Assembly: GCA_031291725.1 (NCBI GenBank)
Contig: JARLIM010000040.1
Span: forward strand, 15,071-79,070
Direction of reading: 5' to 3'
Length of the DNA: 64,000 nt
Origin: Acetobacteraceae bacterium
Lineage (GTDB): Bacteria; Pseudomonadota; Alphaproteobacteria; Acetobacterales; Acetobacteraceae
Shown: piece by piece, positions 34,787-45,500 of the stretch
Layout: each line of letters opens with the position of its first letter
How positions within the stretch are numbered: position 1 is the stretch's first letter
Notes under the pieces: model-generated
The model's database searches: none
Seen by the model: the letters and a program-made list of their open reading frames with translations, nothing else
Told to the model about the DNA's origin: nothing
Position numbers and translations under genes: made by a program

Positions 34787-36021
34787 CAGCGCGGCACGAC
34801 GGTGTCGAGCATCGCCTCCAACGCCGCCGTGACCGCCTCTGCGCCAAAGCGCAGCGCGATCGCCGGCATGGCCGCGCGCGCCGCACGTTGCATCGGCTCC
34901 GGATCATCGACAAAGCCACGCATCAGGGCACAGGCCATGGCATCCTCCGGTTCGGGCCATTGCTGATCGGCATCGAACCAGTTCACTCCGGCAATATGCG
35001 TCGCGGCGACCATGTGATGGGCAATGCGCCCCGGCCAATCCTGCCCGAGATAATCGACCGGCCCGCCATAGCCAACGGCCAGCACCGGCCGACCGCGCGC
35101 GGCCGCCTCGAAGCTGCCCAGTCCAAAGCCCTCGCAGCGCGAGAATGAGACATAGCAATGCCCCAGATCATGCAGCGCGGCGATGACCGGTTCGGCGATC
35201 TCATCATCGGCCCACAGGGCAATGCGGGGCGCGGCCTTGCCGGCCTCGGCGGCAAGACGGGCGATCAGTTTGGGCACGGAACGGACGAGGTCGCGGCCGT
35301 CTTGGCCCAGTTCAGGGTCGTCGAATTGGGCGAAGCGGCCGGTCTTGATCACCAGAACCACCGGATCGGCGGCGCTGAAGGTGGCGATGAAGCCGCGGAT
35401 CAGTGCCGCCAGCCGTTTGCGCGGATCCCAGGCATTGATGCTGTAGAACACGCTGTCACCGGGGCGGATGTCGAGCCAGGCGGCCAGCCCCGCCAGTCGA
35501 GCAGCCCCAAGCGTGGCGGCGGGCGGCGGGCGAACATGCGCCACCACGCTCACCGGCGGCAACGTGTCGGCATGGGCGCGCAGCACCTCGGCATTGTGCG
35601 TCGAAGGCACGCAGAGATGGTCAACCTGGGCGAGCACCGGCAGCCAGTGCGGGGTGATCCGGTCGGTCTCCCACACAGTCATGCCGATGACGGGCTGCTG
35701 TGCCGGCAGAAATCCCGGCCAGAAGCGCGGCATCAGGTGCAGGATGCACAGCTCGGCCGCCACCGGCGCGCTGGTGCGCGCGATCAGTGCCTTGCCGGGG
35801 TTGTTCGGCCCCGACATTCCGCGCGCGCACACCAATGCCCGCCCGTTGCTCAGTTCCTGCGCGCTGATCCGCCCGGCCCACAGCGCGGCATTGGGCCAGG
35901 GCGTCCAGTGCACCTCATGCCCCGCATCGACCAGGCAGCGGACATAGCCCTCCGCGGCAATGCCGTAGCCGGTCGAATCGGCATAGGAAATATAGGTGAT
36001 GCGTCTTGTCGCGTGGCTCAC
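34786..36021 (-). CDS. GT-B glycosyltransferase (GT1/GT4-like)
   Basis: C-terminal CYVSFSRCEGFGLGSFEAAARGRPVLAVGYGGPVDYL (the E-x7-E region). GTG start overlaps the upstream stop. Confidence 0.75.
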   Translation of the reverse strand: MSHATRRITYISYADSTGYGIAAEGYVRCLVDAGHEVHWTPWPNAALWAGRISAQELSNGRALVCARGMSGPNNPGKALIARTSAPVAAELCILHLMPRFWPGFLPAQQPVIGMTVWETDRITPHWLPVLAQVDHLCVPSTHNAEVLRAHADTLPPVSVVAHVRPPPAATLGAARLAGLAAWLDIRPGDSVFYSINAWDPRKRLAALIRGFIATFSAADPVVLVIKTGRFAQFDDPELGQDGRDLVRSVPKLIARLAAEAGKAAPRIALWADDEIAEPVIAALHDLGHCYVSFSRCEGFGLGSFEAAARGRPVLAVGYGGPVDYLGQDWPGRIAHHMVAATHIAGVNWFDADQQWPEPEDAMACALMRGFVDDPEPMQRAARAAMPAIALRFGAEAVTAALEAMLDTVVPR

Positions 36022-36713
36022 AGGGCGATGTTGCCGTAGTGGGAGGTGATGATCGTTGGGTCGATGACGATGTCAAAGCCGAGTGTGCGCAACCGACGGC
36101 ACACCCAGTAATCCTCGGAGAGATAGACATTGTTGTGCACTCCGACGCGAAAGACATCGTAATGCACCGCCGCATCGGTCGAACCGCGCTGCGTGCTCGG
36201 GCGTTCATAGACCCGGCCATGCACAATGGCGTCATTGACCAGCGCGTCGCAGGCGGCGCGTGAGAGCAGCAGTGCGGCTGTCCCGACGTTTTCCACCCGC
36301 AGCAGCGCACCGTTGCTGCCGACGCATTGGCCGATGTTCCACAGCCGATTGCCGGCATCGTCAAACCCCTTGAGCGCGACGGCGGCACCGATCGCCGGCA
36401 CCTGTGCGGCCAGCATGCGCACCAGGCCTTCCGGCGGCAGGATGGTATCGGCGTCAAGGAACAGCAGATGGGTCAGATGCCGGGCTTGGTGGAAATTGGC
36501 CAGGATGGTGTTGCGTGCCCGCGTGATCAGGCTCTCATTGCCGATGAAATTGGTATCGAAGCGCAGCCCGGCCGAGGTGAAGCCGAACAGCGTTCTGACA
36601 TAGTCGGTATGGACCATGCCACCATAGGCCGGGGTGCCGATCATCAGGTGAGACTGTCGCAACAGGCGCGCCATCGGCGAGGCGTCACGTGTGGCCTTGG
36701 GGCGGACGGTCAT
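36018..36713 (-). CDS. Putative GT-A glycosyltransferase
   Basis: IGTPAYGGMVH...HLLFLDADTILPPEGL (DxD). Confidence 0.5.
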   Translation of the reverse strand: MTVRPKATRDASPMARLLRQSHLMIGTPAYGGMVHTDYVRTLFGFTSAGLRFDTNFIGNESLITRARNTILANFHQARHLTHLLFLDADTILPPEGLVRMLAAQVPAIGAAVALKGFDDAGNRLWNIGQCVGSNGALLRVENVGTAALLLSRAACDALVNDAIVHGRVYERPSTQRGSTDAAVHYDVFRVGVHNNVYLSEDYWVCRRLRTLGFDIVIDPTIITSHYGNIAL

Positions 36714-37516
36714 GAAAGCAGCTCCGGCGGGCGATGCATGTTGGGGTTACCGGCAATCTGCAGGCTGATCTCGCACATGCGGTGCAGCGCTTCCTCGGGC
36801 ATCGCCCTGAGCTGGTCGAGCAGCCGCAGATTGTTGCGATAGAGCGGATCGTTGGCCGGATCGGTCACGGCCCGCCGATGGGGCAAATGCAGGCAGGTCA
36901 TGTCGCGCAGCGTGGCGTGGCGAAGCTGGGCGCGGCGCACCTTGATTTCCATCGCGTCATCCTCGCCGCCCCAGCCGAGGAACCGCTCATCCCAGCCGCC
37001 GAGCAGGGTGAAGAACGCACGCGCGAACAGCACCAGCCCGCCACATAACGGCGGCACCTCGCCCTGGACCTGGCGCGGCGTCGCCTGTCGGCAAAATCCG
37101 GGATCGGTCAGGCAGGAGAGGTCGGCACGCAGCAGCGCGGCCTGGGCGTCGTCGAGGTCGAGCACCGTCGTGAACGGCCGCACCACCGGCACGCCCGAGC
37201 GCACCGCCGCCACTGCATCGCGCACGCCGCGGCAGAGCAGATCGGCATCTCCAAAGGCCAGCACCGACCCGCGCGCGAGGCGCCAGCCGACATTGAAGCC
37301 CCAGCTTTTGTTGAACGGTCCGGGATTATGGACAAACACCGTGCGCAGCCGGTCGAAGCGTTCGAGATCGTCCAAACCGGGGGCGGCATCCTGCTCGACG
37401 AGAATCACCTCGGCCAAGCCCAGCCCCTCCAGCCAACTCAGCACGGTGGCGAGGTTTGCCCGCCGGGCCGGATCGCCCGAATGTCTGTAGGTCAGGATGA
37501 AGCTCGTGCTATCCAT
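36710..37516 (-). CDS. Glycosyltransferase, beta-1,4-galactosyltransferase-like C-terminal motif
   Basis: FNKSWGFNVGW...AFGDADLL...GGWDERFLGWGGEDDAM. Confidence 0.65.
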   Translation of the reverse strand: MDSTSFILTYRHSGDPARRANLATVLSWLEGLGLAEVILVEQDAAPGLDDLERFDRLRTVFVHNPGPFNKSWGFNVGWRLARGSVLAFGDADLLCRGVRDAVAAVRSGVPVVRPFTTVLDLDDAQAALLRADLSCLTDPGFCRQATPRQVQGEVPPLCGGLVLFARAFFTLLGGWDERFLGWGGEDDAMEIKVRRAQLRHATLRDMTCLHLPHRRAVTDPANDPLYRNNLRLLDQLRAMPEEALHRMCEISLQIAGNPNMHRPPELLS

Positions 37517-37555
37517 GGTCTTGGCTTTTCCGCGTCATGGGCTTGGGGTTTTCCG

Positions 37556-38326
37556 ATGATCAGCTGTCTGTGTGTGACCCAGGGAGACCGGATGGCGCTG
37601 CTCGACGAGGCGGTGTCGGATTTTGCCCATCAGAGCTTTCCCGATCGCGAATTGCTCATCCTGCACGATGGCTCCAACGAGATCCATGCCGCCCTGCTTG
37701 ATTTTCCCCGCCGTTATCCCGATGCCGCCATCCGGTTGCACCAGGCACCCAGTGGACACAGCCTGGGGCAGTTGCGCAATATCTCGCTTGATCTGGCGCA
37801 GGGCGACTGGATCTGCCAGTGGGATGACGACGACCGCTATCACCCCGATCGTCTGGCGCTGCAATGGGCACAGCTGTGCGCCGAGGGGGCGCAGGCCTGC
37901 TTCCTGGTCGATCAGCTGCATTGGCTGCGCCGTGAGGGGCTGATTTTCTGGACCGACTGGGACCGCGAACCCTATCCGATGAATGTCGTCCAGGGCACGC
38001 TGCTGGCCCTGCGAGATATCCTGCCGCGCTACCCGGATCTGCCGCGTGGCGAGGACACCGGCCTTACCCATGCGCTGATGCGCGCGGCGGCGCGGGGCGA
38101 GATCAAGATCGCGCGGCTGAAGGACGCTGGCTGGTGCACCATCTACACGCATCACGGCACCAATGTCTGGGGTCAGGATCACCACGCGGCGATCATTGCC
38201 GCCAAACATCTGGGCCCCGCGCGTCTGCTCCCACGCCTGCATCGGCTGCGGGCCGAGCTTGCCCGCTACCGTCCGGCCCTGCCGACGCTGCGCACCATGC
38301 TGGGCGGGGCGCTGCAATCGCTCTGA
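37556..38326 (+). CDS. GT2 family glycosyltransferase
   Basis: ISCLCVTQGDR...LLILHDGS...WDDDDRYHPDRL. Internal ATG of ORF 37328..38326. Confidence 0.75.
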   Translation: MISCLCVTQGDRMALLDEAVSDFAHQSFPDRELLILHDGSNEIHAALLDFPRRYPDAAIRLHQAPSGHSLGQLRNISLDLAQGDWICQWDDDDRYHPDRLALQWAQLCAEGAQACFLVDQLHWLRREGLIFWTDWDREPYPMNVVQGTLLALRDILPRYPDLPRGEDTGLTHALMRAAARGEIKIARLKDAGWCTIYTHHGTNVWGQDHHAAIIAAKHLGPARLLPRLHRLRAELARYRPALPTLRTMLGGALQSL

Positions 38327-38358
38327 GCCGGTCATGCCCGACGCAGAGCAAAGCGGAC

Positions 38359-38976
38359 TCAGCGCTGCTGGCGCTTGCGCCTGCGTGCCACCGCCAGACC
38401 AGCCGCACCCACACCGAAGACCGACAGTGAAACCGGTTCGGGCACCGGGGCGCTCTCCAGTGTCCACACCGCGAAGGGCGGATCGACCGTGATACCGGTC
38501 GAGTCTTGCGCAAAGGCGATGCTGGTATAGAAGCTGTTGGTCGTGCTGTCGTAGTTTTGCGTAATCACAGTGGAGATCGACAGAACATTGCCGTCGGAAA
38601 CCCCGAATGGCGTATCATAGTTGCAGACCGATCCGGCGCCCGTGAACGCGCACCCGCCGACGGTCTCGCCCGACAGGAGTGTCGCCGCCAGCACATCGAC
38701 CATCACAGCGTCCGCCACTTGTGCCGATACCTGGTTGCCAAACATAAAGCTGAAGGGTGCGGCATTGACGGTGCACTCGCTGAACAGCCCGGCGCAGGAT
38801 GTTGACGCGAAGTTCACGTCATAGATCGAGCCGCCCACGCTGAGGCCGGTGAAGCCGGAGACCGTGCTGCCGGAACCCACCACGCCAACCGCCGCCTCGG
38901 CGGGCGGAACCGTCACGGCTTGCGCCGACATCGCCATCGCCGCCGCGGCGAGGGTTCTGAACGCATTACGCCTCAT
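38359..38976 (-). CDS. PEP-CTERM sorting-signal protein
   Basis: Signal peptide MRRNAFRTLAAAAMAMSAQA. C-terminal VPEPVSLSVFGVGAAGLAVARRRKRQQR. Confidence 0.8.
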   Translation of the reverse strand: MRRNAFRTLAAAAMAMSAQAVTVPPAEAAVGVVGSGSTVSGFTGLSVGGSIYDVNFASTSCAGLFSECTVNAAPFSFMFGNQVSAQVADAVMVDVLAATLLSGETVGGCAFTGAGSVCNYDTPFGVSDGNVLSISTVITQNYDSTTNSFYTSIAFAQDSTGITVDPPFAVWTLESAPVPEPVSLSVFGVGAAGLAVARRRKRQQR

Positions 38977-39311
38977 CGCACACCCTTCTCGAAACAGGAT
39001 GCCGCACCGCCTTCGAAACAACACGCTGGTTGGGCGGGTGCAGGCACATTAACGGGATTTTTTTACGGCTTTATCAAAATAAATTCTATACCTCAACAAA
39101 AAATTGATCGCCTGGAATGGGTGCGAACCAGACGATGACGCCAGGACGAATCTCCTCAATCGGCCCTGAAGGTGGAAAAGATCGTCTTGCCGGGCCGCCC
39201 GATCATCGTATGCCCGCGACTGACCGCACCGGGGCGCTGCATGGTCTTGGAGGATGTCCATCGGGACACCGTCCACGACGCGCGATGGCCGTTCTGGTGG
39301 GTGAGGATCGC

Positions 39312-39465
39312 GAATATACAGCATGACTCCGGTATTTTTGATATAAAACCCTCGTATAAAGAGGATGTAATTATGTAAATTTATGTTAATAATTATGAAT
39401 TAATATTTCTGTCATATAACGTTTTTGTGATTTTGTCGATTTAAATAAGTAATATTCGGATTTAT
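39312..39465. promoter_or_regulatory. Extremely AT-rich leader/promoter region upstream of the giant surface-protein gene
   Basis: About 150 nt dominated by A/T in a GC-rich genome, with reiterated TTATG(T/A)(T/A)AA units (AATTATGTAAATTTATGTTAATAATTATGAATTAAT). Confidence 0.35.
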
Positions 39466-39588
39466 GCCGTCTTTCCCATCAGAAGTGAGGAGGGGGTGTT
39501 GCTATTGGTGTGATATCGAAAGCGCCTCTTTGGGGCTCTCGACCGCCCGCCACCAGCCGCGATCCACCATCATTTCGGGAAAACATCC

Positions 39589-42500
39589 ATGACCTCTTTT
39601 TTCGTCAGCAATGGCCAGACTGAGACGGGCGTCACGTTGCAGCCCGGCGATGAGCAGTATGTCTTCTCCGGTGGCACGGCCACGCAGACCAATATTTCCG
39701 ATCAGGCGACGCAGTTTGTCTCGTCAGGGGCGCTGGCAACGAGTGCCGTGGTGAACAGCGCTGGCTCGCAGGACATTTATGCCGGCGGATCGGCGGTCGG
39801 CACGCAGGTCAATAGCGGCGGTCTGCAGGCGGTGCTGGCGGGTGGGTCGGCGAGCGATATGTCGGTGAATAATTATGGCAGCCAGACCGTTGCCTCTGGC
39901 GGCTCTGTCGATGGTGTGTCGCTGAATTACAGTGCCACCGAGGTGCTGCAAGCCGGCGCTTCGGCGAGCAATGTCAGCGCATATTATGCCAGCATGACCG
40001 TGCAATCCGGCGCGGTGCTGAGCGGCCTGACGGCTTCCTGGGATAATTCACTGAATATTTCCGGCGGTCAGGCGAATGATATTGTCTTCAGCGGTGGATA
40101 TAATTCACTCAATGCGACATCCGGCTCTGTCGTCAACAATTTGACAGTTGACAACTATAATGGTGTTGGAATTGGCGATGGTGTTGTTGAAAATGGTGGC
40201 CTTATTAATGGTCAAGGCGTTGGTTGGTATAATATCGATGGCGTTTTTCAGGGCGGCTATGAAGTCATTTACAATGGCGCTGTTGCCAATGGTGTGGCGA
40301 CCGAGAATAACGGCCTTCTGTCTGTGCAGCAGGGCGTGGCCAACAACACCGTCGATCTTGCCGGCGGCTATGACACCGTCGATTGGGCGGGCACGGCCAA
40401 TGCCACATTGGTCAGCGCGGGCGGCACCGAGATCGTCAACAACAACGGCCTGGCCAGCGGCACCACGGTGCTGAGCGGCGGCATGCAGACCGTCAATGCC
40501 TATGGCACCACCAGCGGCACCAATATCCAGTCCGGCGGCACCGAGTTGGTGATGTCGATGGGCACGGCGCGGGGCACGGCGATCGGCGCGGGTGGCGCGG
40601 AGATTCTGACCTCCGGCGCGGTGGCAAGCGGCACCCAGGTTTCTGCCGGTGGTGTGGAAGTGGTGTCTGCCGGTGCGACGACCAGCAACAGCGTTGTTGC
40701 CAGCGGTGGGTTGGAGGTGATCGCCGCCGGTGGCACGGTGAGCGGGTTGGATGTGCAGGCAGGCGGCACCATCCAACTGGCCGGGCTGACGTTTGGCCAC
40801 GCGGCATCGGCCGCGTTCAATGCGGCCACGGATGTGCTGACGGTGACGGGCGCGGGCAGCGCCCCGGCGGAGAATGTGCAGCTCAGCGGCAACTATGCCG
40901 GGGATAATTTCCAACTGGTGCAGGCCGTGGATGGCAGTGTGGATGTGGTGGTGGTGGCCAATGGTGCCGCAGCCCCCACGCCGCCGAGCCAGCAGATCGT
41001 CTCGGGCACGCCTGCCGTCAGCGGCTTGTCGGTCGGTGACGGTGCCGGGATTGAGGTGATCAGCGGCGGTGTGGCCAATGCCACGCAGGTCAATGCCGCA
41101 GGAACATTGTCGGTCCTCAACGGTGGTTCGGTGTCCGGCACGCTGGTGGCGGCTGACGGCCTGGAAGTGATCGCTGCCGGCGGTGTGGCCAGTGCGACGA
41201 CGCTGGTGCAGGCGGCCACCGAGATCGTCTCGGCAGGGGGCACGGCGACGGCGACGCAGGTGGGCACGCTCGACTCGCAAATTGTCGCGGCGGGCGGCTC
41301 CGCCATCAGCGCCACAGTGACCTATGGCGGCCAGCAGACCGTGAGCAGTGGCGGTGTGGCAACCGGCACGTTTGTCTCTTCGGGCAGCGAGACGGTGCTG
41401 TCCGGCGGTTTGGCCAGCAACACGACCGTGGTTTCCGGTCAGGTTGTGGTCAGTGCGGGCGGTGCGATCGATGGGCTGACCCAGCAGAACTATACCAACA
41501 TGCTCGACAATGGCTCGGTCACCAGCCTGACGCTGCAAAATTGGGGCGGCACTTTCCAGGTGCTCAGCGGCGGCAGCGTGGATCAGGGCACTGTCAACAT
41601 CTACGATTCGGTGTGGGTGAACGGCGGCGGCCATGCCAGCAATATCGACGCCGGTGCCTATGGCGCTTCGGTTGGCATTGCCGCCGGTGCAGCAGGCAGT
41701 GCTCTGTCGGCGACAAATTCCGGCTCCATCAACATCTATGGCAGCACCACCGGCAACAGCGTGTTGTCGGCCGGCTATGAGAATGTGTGGGGCGGCGGCG
41801 TGGCGGGCGGCACCACGATCAGTTCGGGCGGTGTTGAGACGGTGTTCGGCAATGGCGTGGCCAGTGCTGCCGTGATCGACAATGGCGGATTGCAGGTGGT
41901 CTCGGCCAGTGGCGTTGCCTCCGGCACGGTGATCGAAGCGGGCGGTGGCGATTTGCTGGTCTCCGGCGGTCAGGCGGTTGGCGTGACGATCTCCGGCGGC
42001 GTGCAAGCGTTGCAGAACGGCGCCGCCGCCAGCGGCACCACCATTCTCTCCGGCGGCGTGGAGGTGGTCTCGGCCGGGGCTGCGACCAGTGGCACGACCA
42101 TCGGCGCAGGCGGGTTGGAGATGGTCGCCGCAGGCGGCACCGCCACCGGGCTTGTTCTGCAAACCGGCGGCACGGTGCAGCTGGATGGCGTGCAGTTCGT
42201 CTCGGGGGGCAGCCTGAGCCTGAATGCGGCCACGGATGTGCTCACCATCACCGAAGGCAGCAGCGTGAGCACGCTGCAACTGGCGGGCACGGTGAATGCG
42301 GCCAATTTGAAGCTGGTTGCCGCGGCCGATGGCAGCACCGATATCGTCAACCTGGCCAATGGCGGCACATTGCCGACCAACAACGCGGTTGTGGTGAGCA
42401 ACGGCCAGGTGGTCAGCGGGTTGCAGGTCGGCTCGGCGGCAGCGGTGATCGTGCTCGCGGGCGGTCAGGCGATTGGCACGGTCGTCAGTGGTGGCGGCGA

Positions 42501-45500
42501 ACTCGTTGTCTCCAATGGCGGCGTGACCAGCCAGACCAATGTGGGCTTGGCCGGTGCCGAATTGGTGTCCGCTGGCGGTGTGGCCAGTGGCGCGGTGATC
42601 GGTGAGGGTGGTGGCCAGACGGTCTCCTCGGGTGGCATCGGGTCCAATACGACTGTCAATTCCGGCGGCACGCAGCTGTTGCAGGGAGGCAGCGCCGCGG
42701 GCGGCGATGTCAATTCCGGTGGCACGCAGATCGTGTTGTCCGGCGGCGTGGCCTCGGGGACGTATTTCAACAGTTCCACCGAAATCGTCTCCTCCGGCGG
42801 CACGGTGAACAACACATCTTCCTGGGCGGCGTCGCAAAACGTGCTCTCCGGTGCAACGATCAGCGGCGTGGCACCCTTGGCGGGGACGATCGACATCGCC
42901 TCCGGTGCCAATGTCTCGGCGTTCGCGCCGGGCTATTATCAGACGGTCAACCTTGCCTCCGGTGTGGTGGTCAGTGGCTACACTGTGCAGGGGGGCGAAT
43001 ATGGCGGCCTGTCGATCTCCAGCGGTGTGACGGTTGACAATCTGACGGCCAATTGGGGCGACGCGGTGTATGCGCAGAGCGGCGCGACCGTCTCCGGCGT
43101 GCTGGTGCAGGGCGGCGGCACGGTGTTGGCCGAGACCGGGGCCAATGTCGGCGGCGGCATTGTCACCTCCACCGGCGGCATCTTCGTCAACAATGACGGC
43201 GCGATCTATGGCGTTGTGGACAGCGGCGGCACGGACATCGTCTCGGCCGGTGCGACCACGTATGGCACCAACATTCTCTCCGGCGGCTTTGAGATTGTCT
43301 CGGCCGGCGGTGTGGCCAGTGCCGCGCAGGTGCAAAGCGGCGGGCAGGTGGTGGTGTCCTCCGGCGGTGTGGCGCAGGACGCGGTGATCCTGTCCGGCGG
43401 TCTGGCGGTGCTGTCCAACGGCGGTGTGGCATCGGGGCTGGACATCACGTCGGGCGGGCTGTCGGTGGTCAATTCCGGGGGCATCGCCCAGGGCACGCTG
43501 GACGGTATCGGCGCGGTGCAAGGCGGCACGCAGATTGAGGCGGGCGGCGTGCAGGTGGCCTCCTCCGGTGGCATCGTCAGCGGCGTGGTGATCAATTCCG
43601 GCGGCACCGAGGTGGCGCTGTCCGGCAGCATCGTCGAGGGCGTGCAGCTGCTCTATGGCGGCACGATCGAGCTTGGCTACATTCCGTTCAACAGCGCGGC
43701 GACCGCGACCCTGGATCAGGCGACGAACATCCTCACCGTCACCGCCGGTGGGCAGGCGTATGAGGTGCAGTTCGCCGGTAGCTTCCATGGTGAGACCTAC
43801 AGCCTGCTGAGCGCTGCCGACGGTGCGACGGACGTGATGATCGGCTCGGCCAACGTGGTCAGCGGCAATCATGTCAGCAGCGGCGGTACGCAGACCATCA
43901 GTTCGGGCACGGTGGGCATTGGCATCACCGTTTCCAGCGGCGGCGTGGTTGGTGTGCAAAGTGGTGGGGCGGATAGCGGCACCAAGGTTGGCGACGGTGG
44001 CACGGTGGTGGTTTCCAGCGGCGGCTATGTTGTCAGCACGGCGGTCAGCTCCGGCGGCACGGCTGTGGTGAGCAATGGCGGATCGGCGATCAGCTCCATT
44101 CTCAGCTCGGGCGGCGAACAGGTTGTGCTCTCGGGCGGTTCGGCGAGCGGCACGCAGGCCGGGTCGGGTGGATTGGATGTGATTTCGTCCGGCGGGTCGG
44201 ATGTCGGCATCAAGCTGAGTGGCGGCGGCACGGTCGATATCGGCTATCTGCCGTTCGTCTCCGGCGGCGCGGTCTCGTTCAACTCCGCCACCGACACGCT
44301 GAGCATCACCGAGGGCGCGGGCAGTGCGACGTTGCAGCTTTCCGGCATCTATAATGGCGGCACGTTCCAGCTTTCCTCGGCGTCCGATGGCAGCACGGAG
44401 GTGACCTATGTTGCACCTGCCGGGTCAGCGGCACCGCCCCCGGTGGTGCCCCCGGTGGTGCAGAACATCATTGCCGGCACGGTCATCAATCTCAGTGGGC
44501 AGCACAATGTTGTCACCGGGGCGACGGTGGTGCCGCTGCCAAGCGGCGTGGCCGGCACCAATCTGTCCGGCCCGGTGGACGGGTATGCCACGATTTCCGG
44601 CACGGCGGACGACATCACCATCACCGCGCATGGCTACGACAACACGATCATCGCCGGTGGTGGCAATGATATCATCAATGCGGGGCTGGACGGCGCCAAT
44701 GTCACGGCGAGCAACGTGAATGGCAACAACGTGGTCAGCGGTGGCAACGGCTCGGCGAGCATCACGTTGGGCAATGGCAACAACACCGTCAACACGGGCG
44801 GCTACAGCAATGTGATCGCGCTCGGCGATGGCAACAACACGATCACGGCCGGGGTGGGGCTGGATGCGGTGACGGTTGGCAATGGCACCAACACCATCAT
44901 CGACACTGGCAGCGGCAACATCGTCACGGTGGGCGATGGCACCAACACCGTCACCGCCGGCAATGGCAGCGACACTGTCACGGTCGGCGGCGGCACGGCC
45001 AACATCACGGCTGCGGGTTATGGCGACAGCTTCATCCTGGATGGCGGTGCGACCACGATCAGCGGGATGGCCGGGTACGGTCAGATCACTTTGGCGAGCA
45101 GCTTCGGCTCCTCGGGCAGCGTGGATCTGGCCGGGTTCACGGGCAAATTGGTGCAGGTGGCGGGCAATTGGACGGCGGAAAAAGCCGATGGTGAGGTGTT
45201 TGCCACCTTCACATTGCCCACCGGCACCGTGCTGCAGAGCAGCGATGACGGCAAGGGCGGCCTGTTGATCCAACTCGGCACGGCATCGTCGTCAGGCGGC
45301 TCGGGCGGCTCGGGCGGCTCGGGCGGGTCCGGCGCGGCGTCGGCCACGCTCACGGAGACGTCGGGCGAGCAGACGATTGCGCTGACCGGCGATACGACAA
45401 CGCTGCATCTGTGGGGCTATCAGAACACCGTCACCAGCACCACGGGCGGGTTCAGCATCGATGGGGATGACGGATTTTCGTCCATCACGCTGGCGGGCGA

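Noticed and set aside
39049-39378. 68-aa (+) and 91-aa (-) ORFs in the leader of the giant adhesin gene
   Set aside because: They overlap each other, have no RBS or motif, run into the AT-rich block, and have atypical composition. They are treated as non-coding leader sequence.
40105-43959. 1284-aa minus-strand ORF (and many 60-170-aa ORFs) inside the giant adhesin gene
   Set aside because: It is antisense shadow of a GC-rich, Gly/Ala/Ser/Thr-codon repeat gene. The translation is Arg/Ala/Gly/His low-complexity with no motif, whereas the plus-strand product has coherent repeat structure.
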